Notes: generated by a model from the sequence alone, not told the origin. A DNA stretch of 48,136 nucleotides from Octopus bimaculoides (GCF_001194135.2 NC_069009.1:7194314-7242449), one strand, 5' to 3'; counted from the first letter of the stretch, positions 1 to 12,985 are shown. Program-made: numbers and translations.

Positions 1-160
1 AATTTGTGTGTACGTATGTTGTACAAGTTTGTGTGTACGTATGTTGTACAAATTTGTGTGTACGTATGTTGTACAAGTTTGTGTGTACGTATGTTGTACA
101 AATTTGTGTGTACGTATGTTGTACAAGTTTGTGTGTACGTATGTTGTACAAATTTGTGTG
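1..160. repeat. 25-bp minisatellite, ~6.4 copies, strictly alternating two variants (50-bp higher-order unit)
   Basis: Units aatttgtgtgtacgtatgttgtaca / agtttgtgtgtacgtatgttgtaca alternate from base 1; the array runs off the window start. Confidence 0.95.
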
Positions 161-361
161 TGTATAGATGTATGTGTTTATATGTGTGCGTGCGCGCTTA
201 AAGTGGATGTCTTGTAACTGTATTGTCGTACATTAAGAAAGGTGCGAATGTATATATGTAAACATATATCTATACAGATCTGTATGTACGTTTGTATGCA
301 TATATGTATACTATTCTTAACGCATTGTTACTTCCCCGTCACAAACATGTATGTATGTGTC

Positions 362-427
<66 letters not shown>

Positions 428-1491
428 NNNNNNNNNNNNNNNNNNNNNNNNNNNNNNNNNNNNNNNNNNNNNNNNNNNNNNNNNNNNNNNNNNNNNNNNN
501 NNNNNNNNNNNNNNNNNNNNNNNNNNNNNNNNNNNNNNNNNNATATTGTGGTTATTGATACACGGTGTCATCCAGCCAAACAGCCCTCCCTCATGACATA
601 GATAATAGAGACTGAGTGAAGTCGTCTACTCATACCGACATTCTGTAGACTAATACCGAAAGAACATCATGTATACCTGTGTGTGTAAGTGTCTGTGTAG
701 ATAGATTATACCCATCCACACACGTCTTTTTCTAATTATGCGTATCTTTTCCTCTGTATGTGTATGTACATACACCCGTCACTATGTATACTTATCTCTC
801 TACGCACACCTGCATCATCGTACGCTTATATCTGTATGTGCTCCGTTTATTTCACTTGGTTAGAAGCACAGAAAGTCGAAGTAGTATGTAGGGACTTGTA
901 GTCTTGCAGGTGGACAGGTAATTTGTATAATGGGCAGGTGTTTGTATACCTAATTACAGTGCTGGATCTACCTATAGGTTTAGTAGACTTAGTCCCCAGG
1001 TCTTGGAAGACTCTGGCCAAGGTTTATTTCTGTAATTCTAGTTGTGAGGGCAGGGGATTTGGTCGAGCTTCACTATCATTTATAGCTTTATGTTCTTCGA
1101 GATCCGCTGTTTCAACACATACACACACACACACACACACATATATACATACATACAACCATGTGTATAAACACGTGTGTATAAACTCATGGATGCAAGT
1201 GTCGTTGACCTATTGATACAGCCAATCACAATATACACGTAGGCACGCAAACGCACATGTATACACACCTGATTGTGTATATGCGCAAGTAATCAATGCG
1301 AGCGTACACACAGTGATTGCTATCATCTAAATCCGGCACGAACTAGGTGGATATATAAATAAATATATCGGCTGGTATGTCGATAGGTAGGCTTATATGA
1401 AGAGAGAGGCAGGGATAGATAGATAGATAGAGAGATAGATAGATAGATAGATAAAGTGGCCGGCAAGCCATCTTTTGTTAGAACTTTCATC

Positions 1492-1700
1492 TTGAGGAAG
1501 ACTTGGGCGAAACAAAATGAGGAAGATCTGAAGTCACAGCGCCTCGACTTCGGACATACTAAGGCCAGCGCCATGGATTGGAAAGCGTGGAATGACATAA
1601 TTACCAGAGTTCATCCTCCAGTAGCACCCACAGAGTATATTGATTGAGAGGACAGCCTCCCCGTCCGGTCGCCAGCTAGGGACTAAAGAAGAAGACCTTC
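1492..1700 (+). mobile_element. RTE-clade LINE 3' end (ORF C-terminus + 3' UTR), 5'-truncated
   Basis: Translates RKTWAKQNEEDLKSQRLDFGHTKASAMDWKAWNDII, matching the RTE C-terminal pattern R(K)TW...EDL...L......A.DR..W; ends in a gaagaaga tail. Confidence 0.7.
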
Positions 1701-1730
1701 CCAATGCAGCGCACCAAAGATATTTGCAAA

Positions 1731-1920
1731 TTGAAGAAAACCTGAAGTCGCAGCGCCTCGACCTAAAGTATGCTAAGGCCAGTATTATGGATTAAGAAAG
1801 CATGGAATAACATCGTCACCAGAGTTTGTCGTCCAGTGACACTCAGAGCAGTGTATTGGTTGAGAGGACAGCCTTCTTCTCAGGTCACCAGCTAAGGAAT
1901 AAGGAAGAGGAAGAAGAAGG
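1731..1920 (+). mobile_element. Second tandem RTE-clade 3' end fragment (same family as 1492-1700)
   Basis: Alignable to the first copy (ctgaagtcgcagcgcctcgac...gagaggacagcc...ccagctaagg); EENLKSQRLD..AKAS, with stop/frameshift; (GAA)n tail. Confidence 0.7.
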
Positions 1921-2440
1921 TAGGCATGTCGTTATGTAGGTAGATATATAAGTATGTAGGGAGAGGCAGGTAAATATATAGATATATAGGTGTATCGAAG
2001 TAGGTAGTGATATAAATACACAGGTAGGTATGTAGACATAAGTATGTAGAGAAACGTGTATGTATGTAGACTTGTTATAATACAGGTAGGAAGGCAGGTG
2101 AGTAAGTAGGTAAGATATTTCGTTAAGAAAGGTATGTAACTATAGAAGTAAACAGGTTGTTAAATATGTAGACAGGTAGGTAATTACATAAGAGAGGTTA
2201 AACATGTAGTTATTGAGGTAAATAAGTTAAATAGCTAGACAATCTAGACAGGGAGGTATATAAGTTGACAGGTAGGCATAAAAAAGTAGGTAGGTGTGGA
2301 TAGACAGGTATGTGTGAAGTTAGACAGGTAGGTAGCTATATAAGCAAATAGGTAGTTATACAGGTAGGTTTGTAGTTCTCGGTGTAGATATGTCTGTAGT
2401 ATGTTAATATGGGTAGATATATAGCCAGGTAATTGTGTAT
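1921..2440. repeat. Degenerate purine-rich (TAGG/GTAG/ACAGG) low-complexity tract
   Basis: Recurrent aggtaggta/acaggta motifs, no clean period. Confidence 0.7.
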
Positions 2441-2443
2441 ATA

Positions 2444-2625
2444 GGCGGCAAAATGGCAGTCGTTAGCACGTTGGGGGAAATGCCTAGTGGTATTTCGTCC
2501 GTCCTAACATTCCCAGTTCACATTCCGCCGAGATCGACTTTGCCTTTCGTCCTTACGTGACCAATAAAATAAGCACTAGTTGAGCTCTAGAGGTCGATGT
2601 AATTGACTTAACCACTCTTGGGTAG
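2444..2625 (+). mobile_element. tRNA-derived SINE family C copy
   Basis: Head ggcggca..ggcagtcgttagcacg, B-box-like agttcacattcc, body gatcgactttgcctttc shared with other C copies. Confidence 0.8.
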
Positions 2626-2877
2626 CGTTCAGCTTTCTTCCAAACGACTTACATAAATGGTTTGTTTCTGGTGATCAAATGTATGTGTCCACTCCCTCCA
2701 TCAAACCGACGTTTCCCGAACAGGTGCACGTGTACTACACGTCACGTGTTGAAGGGATCGCAGAGCAACATGAGATAAAGAAGATAGGGTAAAATCCAAG
2801 CTATGTCCCTTTGAAGCCCATCTGCTTATTCCATTATTACAATCCAGTATGTAGTTGTATGGCATTATTCGATTCTC

Positions 2878-3015
2878 CATTCCACCGAGGTCGACTTTGC
2901 CTTTCATCCTTTCGGTGTCGATAAATTAAGTACCAGTTACGCATTGGGGTCGCTGTAATCGACTATCCCCCCCCTCCAAATTTCAAGCTTTCTACCTATA
3001 GTAGAAAGGATTATT
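2878..3015 (+). mobile_element. SINE family C copy, 5'-truncated
   Basis: ccgaggtcgactttgcctttcatcctttcgg...agtagaaaggattatt family body and tail. Confidence 0.85.
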
Positions 3016-3209
3016 TGATTTTCCGTCTGAAGAGTTTCTAATAGGAAATTTCTTACATATTTCTTCTACATGTACAACCTCGTAATTCCTATTCGCAAAT
3101 GAAACATATGTAATGGTGAATAAATAATACCAATAAATTCTTCCAGCCTCCTGTTTTGTTATGTATGTATCCTGTCGTGTGTGTGTGTGTGTGTGCGCGT
3201 GTGTGTGTG

Positions 3210-3416
3210 TTTGACTTTGTTCCTGTTCCCCACCACCGATTTACAACGAATGTTAATGCCTTTACGTTCTCGTAACTTAGCGGTTCAGCAAAAGGACCGA
3301 TAGAATACTACAAGGCTTTGAAAAATAAATACCGAGGGTCGATTTGTTTGACGAAAGCCCTTCATGGCAATACCCCAAAATGGCTGCAGTCTAGTGATTG
3401 AGACAAGTGAAAGATG
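3210..3416 (+). mobile_element. SINE family A 3' half, diverged
   Basis: cgtaacttagcggttc..gaccgatagaata..ggtcgatttg..gcagtc..gacaag matches the 22083-22471 copy. Confidence 0.8.
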
Positions 3417-3725
3417 TACATAAAAACATCACAATAGTTTCGTACTAGTATAAAACATGACATACCTTTGCAGAAACGGTGTTTCTGCCAGCCCCTAAAA
3501 TGAGGAAAGGTGTTTTCTATAAACAATATGTCTATATCTACGCATGCGCAAACTGCAAAAAAAAAAAGGGAGAGAAATACACAGATAATAGGACGAAACA
3601 CAAATACAACTTTTTCCTATCAATTTTCTTTTTTAACATGAATGTCTTTGGCAGAGTTTTGTGCAAATAGGTTTCAATCTCCCTCTCTACTCCACCTCTC
3701 GCCACCGCAGTTGTTTATTATTATT

Positions 3726-3757
<32 letters not shown>

Positions 3758-3862
3758 CATTGTTGTTATTGTTATTATTCTTAGCAATCTTGTGCGGATG
3801 TTTCAAACATTTCAGTGTCTTGACCCTATCTTCAGGATCTCCAATCACTTTCAGTATCACAA

Positions 3863-3894
<32 letters not shown>

Positions 3895-4087
3895 NNNNNN
3901 NNNNNNNNNNNNNNNNNNNNNNNNNNNNNNNNNNNNNNNNNNNNNNNNNNNNNNNNNNNNNNNNNATATATATATATATATACATATATATACACGATAG
4001 ATACGCGTGTTTAGATAGATGTGTATATATCTATAAGCTAGATATGTATTTATATATTGTATATATACGTGTGTATGTGTGGGTGTG

Positions 4088-4124
<37 letters not shown>

Positions 4125-4982
4125 GGGGAGAGAGAGTGTATATATATATATATGTGAGTGTGCTTATAAGTATGTATGTATATATGTGTGTGTGTGTGTG
4201 TACTTGTAGCATCTATCTATCTCTCTCTCTCTCTCTCTCTATATATATANNNNNNNNNNNNNNNNNNNNNNNNNNNNNNNNNNNNNNNNNNNNNNNNNNN
4301 NNNNNNNNNNNNNNNNNNNNNNNNNNNNNNNNNNNNNNNNNNNNNNNNNNNNNNNNNNNNNNNNNNNNNNNNNNNNNNNNNNNNNNNNNNNNNNNNNNNN
4401 NNNNNNNNNNNNNNNNNNNNNNNNNNNNNNNNNNNNNNNNNNNNNNNNNNNNNNNNNNNNNNNNNNNNNNNNNNNNNNNNNNNNNNNNNNNNNNNNATAT
4501 ATATATATATATATATATATATACGCGTATATATACATAATTCACGCACACACACATATATACATAAAGGCATACATACACACACACACCCATATATAGA
4601 CATTCGTATACATTTACACCCGTGTACGGTCGCACATAAAGTGAACGGTGACACATAATTTCTTAATGTTAATAATTCCTTATTATATCACTGTGACATT
4701 TCTGGGTGTATATATGTATGTGTGTGCCACTGTACACTCGCAACGTGCGCACGGGTGTATCCGGGTGTGGATAGATTGATAGGGAGCTATATGTAGATAC
4801 ATTTCTATTATATAACACGACAGAGAAACACGTATGCATGCATGTGTGTATTTTAAGGGTTTGTATTCTATACATATACATTTTTATATATACTTATACG
4901 CAATTATGATGTAAGTAATCCCTATATCTGTGTTTATCTCTGTGTATATACATGTAATTATATATGCATAGATACATATGTA

Positions 4983-5033
4983 TGGTGCACCAGCATGACC
5001 GCAGCCACTTGGCTGAAACACATAAATAAATAA
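4983..5033 (+). mobile_element. Solo retroposon 3' tail (SINE-A-type terminal hairpin)
   Basis: ggtgcaccagcatgaccg-cagcc-actt-ggctg-aaac followed by (taaa)n. Confidence 0.7.
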
Positions 5034-5202
5034 ATATATACATACATGCGCACGCACATACACAAGTGCCTACTGTATCATACGTACCACAAAAAGTATT
5101 ATGTATGTGTGTGTGTATATTTGTACATACATGTGTGTGTGTTATACACATTATGCAGTTTTCAGTGTTACCACTCTCAAACAACATAAAACTCGTGTGT
5201 AC

Positions 5203-5236
<34 letters not shown>

Positions 5237-5371
5237 CACTTGTATATTGTATGTTCTCATTATATATATACAATGGTGACAGTTTTCTTTACAACAATAT
5301 ATATACACACTTTTGCATGTCATGCATTCGGAGTGTGCACAGAGAATGCACCGAAACAAACTATGATTAAA

Positions 5372-5385
5372 AGATCGGAAGAGCG
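5372..5385 (+). other. Illumina adapter remnant at contig end
   Basis: AGATCGGAAGAGCG is the last 14 bases before an N gap; identical to the start of Illumina TruSeq/PE adapter read-through. Confidence 0.9.
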
Positions 5386-6488
5386 NNNNNNNNNNNNNNN
5401 NNNNNNNNNNNNNNNNNNNNNNNNNNNNNNNNNNNNNNNNNNNNNNNNNNNNNNNNNNNNNNNNNNNNNNNNNNNNNNNNNNNNNNNNNNNNNNNNNNNN
5501 NNNNNNNNNNNNNNNNNNNNNNNNNNNNNNNNNNNNNNNNNNNNNNNNNNNNNNNNNNNNNNNNNNNNNNNNNNNNNNNNNNNNNNNNNNNNNNNNNNNN
5601 NNNNNNNNNNNNNNNNNNNNNNNNNNNNNNNNNNNNNNNNNNNNNNNNNNNNNNNNNNNNNNNNNNNNNNNNNNNNNNNNNNNNNNNNNNNNNNNNNNNN
5701 NNNNNNNNNNNNNNNNNNNNNNNNNNNNNNNNNNNNNNNNNNNNNNNNNNNNNNNNNNNNNNNNNNNNNNNNNNNNNNNNNNNNNNNNNNNNNNNNNNNN
5801 NNNNNNNNNNNNNNNNNNNNNNNNNNNNNNNNNNNNNNNNNNNNNNNNNNNNNNNNNNNNNNNNNNNNNNNNNNNNNNNNNNNNNNNNNNNNNNNNNNNN
5901 NNNNNNNNNNNNNNNNNNNNNNNNNNNNNNNNNNNNNNNNNNNNNNNNNNNNNNNNNNNNNNNNNNNNNNNNNNNNNNNNNNNNNNNNNNNNNNNNNNNN
6001 NNNNNNNNNNNNNNNNNNNNNNNNNNNNNNNNNNNNNNNNNNNNNNNNNNNNNNNNNNNNNNNNNNNNNNNNNNNNNNNNNNNNNNNNNNNNNNNNNNNN
6101 NNNNNNNNNNNNNNNNNNNNNNNNNNNNNNNNNNNNNNNNNNNNNNNNNNNNNNNNNNNNNNNNNNNNNNNNNNNNNNNNNNNNNNNNNNNNNNNNNNNN
6201 NNNNNNNNNNNNNNNNNNNNNNNNNNNNNNNNNNNNNNNNNNNNNNNNTTTCTAGACAGTCGCTGGCTAATAAATGACGAAGGCCACTCAGCTTAATTCA
6301 TGTTAGTCCTGGTAAAGATGGAGAGGAAAGAGAGAGGTTATTGGTACCGTACGATGAAACGTCGTTAGGAAGTTCTTGATAAAAAAGAACTGAGCCAATC
6401 TCTCACTTTCTTACAATGCGCGTGGACGCACAGCGCGTGCATACACGCGCACACTCACACACACACACAAGCATATATTTGGGATGCC

Positions 6489-6753
6489 CCTGCTCGTGAA
6501 ATTAACGTACAAGTGGCTGAGCACTCCGCAAACACGCACAACCTTGAGGTTGTTCTCAAGAAGATTCAGCATGACACAGAATGTGACAAGACTGGCCCCC
6601 TCTGAATTACAGGTACAGCTCATTTTTGCCAGCTGAGTAAACTGGAGTAACGTGAAATAAATGTCTTGCCCAAAGACACAATGCGCCACCTAGAATTGAA
6701 CTCACTGCATTACGATCGTGAAACATAACCTAACCACTAAGCCACGCGCTTTC
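6489..6753 (-). mobile_element. tRNA-derived SINE family B copy
   Basis: Minus strand: head gcgtggcttagtggttagg..gagttcaattc, tail gagtgctcagccacttgtacgttaatttcacgagcagg. Confidence 0.85.
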
Positions 6754-7482
6754 ACACTCAAATATATACACACGAGTGAGGAGATAAACAAAAGAAAGTG
6801 GTACTCAACAGATTTTGGTTGGAGTTGAATACATTTTTTTAAAAAACAGTTTGACTCAGCTCCACATGACTTTGAGTTTCGCAGATGAGTGGAACACGTC
6901 CGTCTCATCAGACGTTAATAGAAGAGTGAAGTCTTGCACCTAGAAGTTACCTTGAATTTGCCTCAGATCACTCACTCTTCCCCTAATGTCTAATGAAATG
7001 AACATGTCCACTGCTGAGTCAAACTGTTATTAAACATTTGTGTGTGTGTGTGTGTGTGTGTGTGAAACCGGCTTTAACACGACTGTGTTCCAGTTTCATC
7101 TTTCATAAGGTTTTTTTTTTCTCGTGTTTCTTAATCTAGGATATCTTTCCGTTTTTGTATCCGTTGTCATAATTTTTGGCTTCCATACTCAACCGGGGTA
7201 CGAGACAGGCAATGAAAACATTGGGGGAAATGTAATTACATTTAGTGACACCGTTGATTATTCTTGTAAATTAATTAACCAAACATGACCGCAAATTGCT
7301 TTCCATTTAATATCGATAAGAAATATAGTTGACATTACTAATACACACAGAATTTTATGGGGTCATTGACTGGCTGTAAAGGAAAAATAAACATCGCCTA
7401 AAATTGAAAATTTTGCATAGGAAGGAATTTCAACCATGTTTCGTGGTCTGCTATCACAACAGCTCCTTTATAGGATCCAGTT

Positions 7483-7582
7483 AGCTGAAGACATCATCAG
7501 GAGGAACCACGTCCGGTTTCGGCCCCTACTCCTCTACCGTTTTGACGTGGCGGGGCCCCTCCTTTCGGAGGTGTCTTCAGCT
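7483..7582 (-). other. GC-rich, highly base-paired ~100-nt element of unknown identity
   Basis: 11-bp closing stem agctgaagaca/tgtcttcagct; minus-strand cctcc-GAAA-ggagg tetraloop hairpin; crossing helices ggcccc/ggggcc and ccacgtc/gacgtgg. Confidence 0.5.
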
Positions 7583-8486
7583 CTGGTGTTGGGTGCATGT
7601 CTTCTTTCTTCTATTCCCTGGCCTCTTCGATGCAGCATCAACAAGTGTCAGCGTCNNNNNNNNNNNNNNNNNNNNNNNNNNNNNNNNNNNNNNNNNNNNN
7701 NNNNNNNNNNNNNNNNNNNNNNNNNNNNNNNNNNNNNNNNNNNNNNNNNNNNNNNNNNNNNNNNNNNNNNNNNNNNNNNNNNNNNNNNNNNNNNNNNNNN
7801 NNNNNNNNNNNNNNNNNNNNNNNNNNNNNNNNNNNNNNNNNNNNNNNNNNNNNNNNNNNNNNNNNNNNNNNNNNNNNNNNNNNNNNNNNNNNNNNNNNNN
7901 NNNNNNNNNNNNNNNNNNNNNNNNNNNNNNNNNNNNNNNNNNNNNNNNNNNNNNNNNNNNNNNNNNNNNNNNNNNNNNNNNNNNNNNNNNNNNNNNNNNN
8001 NNNNNNNNNNNNNNNNNNNNNNNNNNNNNNNNNNNNNNNNNNNNNNNNNNNNNNNNNNNNNNNNNNNNNNNNNNNNNNNNNNNNNNNNNNNNNNNNNNNN
8101 NNNNNNNNNNNNNNNNNNNNNNNNNNNNNNNNNNNNNNNNNNNNNNNNNNNNNNNNNNNNNNNNNNNNNNNNNNNNNNNNNNNNNNNNNNNNNNNNNNNN
8201 NNNNNNNNNNNNNNNNNNNNNNNNNNNNNNNNNNNNNNNNNNNNNNNNNNNNNNNNNNNNNNNNNNNNNNNNNNNNNNNNNNNNNNNNNNNNNNNNNNNN
8301 NNNNNNNNNNNNNNNNNNNNNNNNNNNNNNNNNNNNNNNNNNNNNNNNNNNNNNNNNNNNNNNNNNNNNNNNNNNNNNNNNNNNNNNNNNNNNNNNNNNN
8401 NNNNNNNNNNNNNNNNNNNNNNNNNNNNNNNNNNNNNNNNNNNNNNNNNNNNNNNNGTATGCGAGTATACATATAAATTTATGGAC

Positions 8487-8559
<73 letters not shown>

Positions 8560-9049
8560 ATTCCTGTATACATAGGCACGGCTATTTGCATGCATCAGTC
8601 ATATGTGCACACACAAAACATTAAAATCTCAGTGCATCGCAAAGACACACTCACATCTACTCGGCTATCCATACACTTCCCTCCACCTTACACACAGGTG
8701 CAAGCGGGTGCAAGCTTAGAGCAAGCACTGTTATACCTTAAATGTTTAAGTACCCCTTTCAGTGTAAACGTATTGTGTGAGATGTATGGGAGTCAAGATG
8801 GCGGACGTTGTGACATTGCGTGACTTTCTAAGTTCAACTGTTCAATGTCTGGCAGTGAATTGTTGGTGCACTGCATTGTGGGTTTACATATGTATGTATG
8901 TACATGTGTGTATTTGTATGTATGAAAAATGTGTGTGTGCTTATATTATGTATGTATGCATACATATATGTATTCTTATGTCTGTGTGTATGGATATGAT
9001 GTTGTGCATATATGAGTATGTATACATACATATATATATAAATATATCG

Positions 9050-9107
9050 ATGGTGCCCCAGCATGACTGCAGCTTTAAAGCTGAAACAATTTAAAGAATT
9101 TAAAGAA
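9050..9107 (+). mobile_element. Solo retroposon 3' tail
   Basis: tggtgccccagcatgactg-cagct-ttaa-agctg-aaac then (aatttaaag)2. Confidence 0.7.
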
Positions 9108-9166
9108 TATGCGTGTGTGTGTGTGTACATGTACACAAACTGATACATAACGCGTGTGCAATGTGC

Positions 9167-9211
<45 letters not shown>

Positions 9212-10402
9212 AAATAATATGTGAGTATATGCATATATACGTACATGCATGTACGTACCTACATCTACATGTATATATAGATGCATATCTGGGTACAGGG
9301 CGTTGCAAAAAAAACGTGGACAAAATGATAACCAGAGTACAGAAAACATACAGGCCACATAGAGAACATTTCCTTCATCAGCTGCCACCATTCTAAAACT
9401 ATATATACACATGAGAGGGAAAGATACAATAAAGTCGTGCGAANNNNNNNNNNNNNNNNNNNNNNNNNNNNNNNNNNNNNNNNNNNNNNNNNNNNNNNNN
9501 NNNNNNNNNNNNNNNNNNNNNNNNNNNNNNNNNNNNNNNNNNNNNNNNNNNNNNNNNNNNNNNNNNNNNNNNNNNNNNNNNNNNNNNNNNNNNNNNNNNN
9601 NNNNNNNNNNNNNNNNNNNNNNNNNNNNNNNNNNNNNNNNNNNNNNNNNNNNNNNNNNNNNNNNNNNNNNNNNNNNNNNNNNNNNNNNNNNNNNNNNNNN
9701 NNNNNNNNNNNNNNNNNNNNNNNNNNNNNNNNNNNNNNNNNNNNNNNNNNNNNNNNNNNNNNNNNNNNNNNNNNNNNNNNNNNNNNNNNNNNNNNNNNNN
9801 NNNNNNNNNNNNNNNNNNNNNNNNNNNNNNNNNNNNNNNNNNNNNNNNNNNNNNNNNNNNNNNNNNNNNNNNNNNNNNNNNNNNNNNNNNNNNNNNNNNN
9901 NNNNNNNNNNNNNNNNNNNNNNNNNNNNNNNNNNNNNNNNNNNNNNNNNNNNNNNNNNNNNNNNNNNNNNNNNNNNNNNNNNNNNNNNNNNNNNNNNNNN
10001 NNNNNNNNNNNNNNNNNNNNNNNNNNNNNNNNNNNNNNNNNNNNNNNNNNNNNNNNNNNNNNNNNNNNNNNNNNNNNNNNNNNNNNNNNNNNNNNNNNNN
10101 NNNNNNNNNNNNNNNNNNNNNNNNNNNNNNNNNNNNNNNNNNNNNNNNNNNNNNNNNNNNNNNNNNNNNNNNNNNNNNNNNNNNNNNNNNNNNNNNNNNN
10201 NNNNNNNNNNNNNNNNNNNNNNNNNNNNNNNNNNNNNNNNNNNNNNNNNNNNNNNNNNNNNNNNNNNNNNNNNNNNNNNNNNNNNNNNNNNNNNNNNNNN
10301 NNNNNNNNNNNNNNNNNNNNNNNNNNNNNNNNNNNNNNNNNGGCCCCCGTTTTAAAAAAGATCCCAGTCTTCCTTTTCTTCTTCCTTTATATGTATGTGT
10401 GC

Positions 10403-10451
<49 letters not shown>

Positions 10452-11605
10452 TGTATGTATGTTTGTGTTTAAGATCGAGATATAATGAGATGGATAGAAA
10501 AATTCACGCAACTTTGGCGGCGGCGGGGGCGAGGGTGATGACCACTTGCGTATCCAACCACAGTTTATTCTGTAACTAACCACACAAAATCATTTCCATG
10601 CGCTGTGGTTAGAAACGGAGAGCTACTGAAACAATTGTAACACTTATCAGAGTTGTGTTAAATTCATTCTTCCTCTTCTTCTTCTTTACCTTTATATGTA
10701 TATATTGTGTGTGTGTGTGTGTGTTCAGAGAGAGATATATANNNNNNNNNNNNNNNNNNNNNNNNNNNNNNNNNNNNNNNNNNNNNNNNNNNNNNNNNNN
10801 NNNNNNNNNNNNNNNNNNNNNNNNNNNNNNNNNNNNNNNNNNNNNNNNNNNNNNNNNNNNNNNNNNNNNNNNNNNNNNNNNNNNNNNNNNNNNNNNNNNN
10901 NNNNNNNNNNNNNNNNNNNNNNNNNNNNNNNNNNNNNNNNNNNNNNNNNNNNNNNNNNNNNNNNNNNNNNNNNNNNNNNNNNNNNNNNNNNNNNNNNNNN
11001 NNNNNNNNNNNNNNNNNNNNNNNNNNNNNNNNNNNNNNNNNNNNNNNNNNNNNNNNNNNNNNNNNNNNNNNNNNNNNNNNNNNNNNNNNNNNNNNNNNNN
11101 NNNNNNNNNNNNNNNNNNNNNNNNNNNNNNNNNNNNNNNNNNNNNNNNNNNNNNNNNNNNNNNNNNNNNNNNNNNNNNNNNNNNNNNNNNNNNNNNNNNN
11201 NNNNNNNNNNNNNNNNNNNNNNNNNNNNNNNNNNNNNNNNNNNNNNNNNNNNNNNNNNNNNNNNNNNNNNNNNNNNNNNNNNNNNNNNNNNNNNNNNNNN
11301 NNNNNNNNNNNNNNNNNNNNNNNNNNNNNNNNNNNNNNNNNNNNNNNNNNNNNNNNNNNNNNNNNNNNNNNNNNNNNNNNNNNNNNNNNNNNNNNNNNNN
11401 NNNNNNNNNNNNNNNNNNNNNNNNNNNNNNNNNNNNNNNNNNNNNNNNNNNNNNNNNNNNNNNNNNNNNNNNNNNNNNNNNNNNNNNNNNNNNNNNNNNN
11501 NNNNNNNNNNNNNNNNNNNNNNNNNNNNNNNNNNNNNNNNNNNNNNNNNNNNNNNNNNNNNNNNNNNNNNNNNNNNNNNNNNNNNNNNNNNNNNNNNNNN
11601 NNNNN

Positions 11606-11743
11606 CTCCACCACCATCACTACCACCTCCACCACCATCACTACCGCCTCCACCACCATCACTACCGCCTCCACCACCATCACTACCACCTCCACCACCA
11701 TCACTACCACCTCCACCACCATCACTACCACCTCCACCACCAT
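11606..11743. repeat. 21-bp minisatellite (ctccaccaccatcactaccac), ~6.5 copies, truncated by gap
   Basis: Direct tandem units, a/g variant in copies 2-3. Confidence 0.95.
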
Positions 11744-12353
11744 ATATATACTGTGGGGGGGATGGGGAATGGATTCTGTGTTATGTAATTCCCTCACGCA
11801 CACTTGCGGTACATTTGTGTGTGTATGTATATACGTATATATAATATATATGTTTGTATGTGTGTGTGTCTGTATGCATGTATGTTTATATATATATATA
11901 TATATATATATATGANNNNNNNNNNATATATATATGATATACATGTACGCATGTTTATATATGGATGTATATATATCTACATGTGTGTGTACGCACGTGT
12001 GTAAGGGGGGGGGGGTGTTGTGACAAGTTCCATTGTGTAGAACCGGAAGTTCTTACACCACCCCCATCAATACACCTTCACCCAACTGAGTGCAGCATTT
12101 CTCCCACGAAGTATGTCGTGCACTGAAGCTGCAACACACTGCACTGAAATGCACACATTGCATATTAAACCACGTGCACGCGCGTACAGAAACACACATT
12201 TTATATGCGTAATTTTCATTAACGCTAATAAAAATTTTTATCATTATGGTCTTAATGTCAATTGATGAGAACTTTTCTGCTCACCATGTCGACAGCAGTA
12301 GCGGTAGAAAGATAGATAGATACATACACACATACATACATACATACATGCAT

Positions 12354-12394
<41 letters not shown>

Positions 12395-12689
12395 TACATA
12401 CATACATACATACGCACGCATACCTATCTATATACATGTACGCATAAATATGAAATAATTATTGATATTATATTATTCAAAATCTTGTTTCATGAATCTT
12501 GATTCGCCGAACCGATTACTCAAACAACTGAAGTTGTGAAGCAAAAATATTAGCAAAAAATTGGTAATATGTATCACATAAATTTGTGTTTCTGATAAGG
12601 TGGTCTCCATTCTTTGCTAAATATTTCAAGCACTTGTGTCGAATATCTAATTTTGGATCAATGTCGTATGTCTATCTATGTATCTTGTA

Positions 12690-12985
12690 CCTTTTACTTG
12701 TTTCAGTCGTTAGACTGCGGCCATGCTGGGGCACCGCCTTTTTAGTCCAACGAATTGACCCTAGTACTGGTATATATGCTATTGTTCAGTTTTGTCGAAC
12801 CGCTTGATGACAGGGACAAGCACACACACAACGTGCTTCTTTCACTTGAAGTCTACCAAATCCACTCACAAGGCTTTGGTCGGCCCGACGCTATAGATTT
12901 GCCTAAGGTCTGACGCAGTGGGACTGAACCCGGAGCCATGTGGTTGGGAAGTAAGCCTCTTGCCACACAACCATGGCTGCGCCTA
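12690..12985 (-). mobile_element. SINE family A copy with internal deletion
   Basis: Tail cttttacttgtttcagtcgttagactgcggccatgctgg and head gggactgaacccggagccatgtggttggg on plus; matches family A. Confidence 0.85.

Noticed and set aside
7436-7655. Plus-strand ORF MFRGLLSQQLLYRIQLAED...
   Set aside because: No recognisable domain; runs into a gap; better explained as a structured repeat element.
10696-11844. Poly-Pro / His-Tyr / Thr-rich repeat protein (PPPSLPPPP, LHHHHYH)
   Set aside because: All three frames are open because of a 21-bp minisatellite; no splice signals or non-repetitive coding context.
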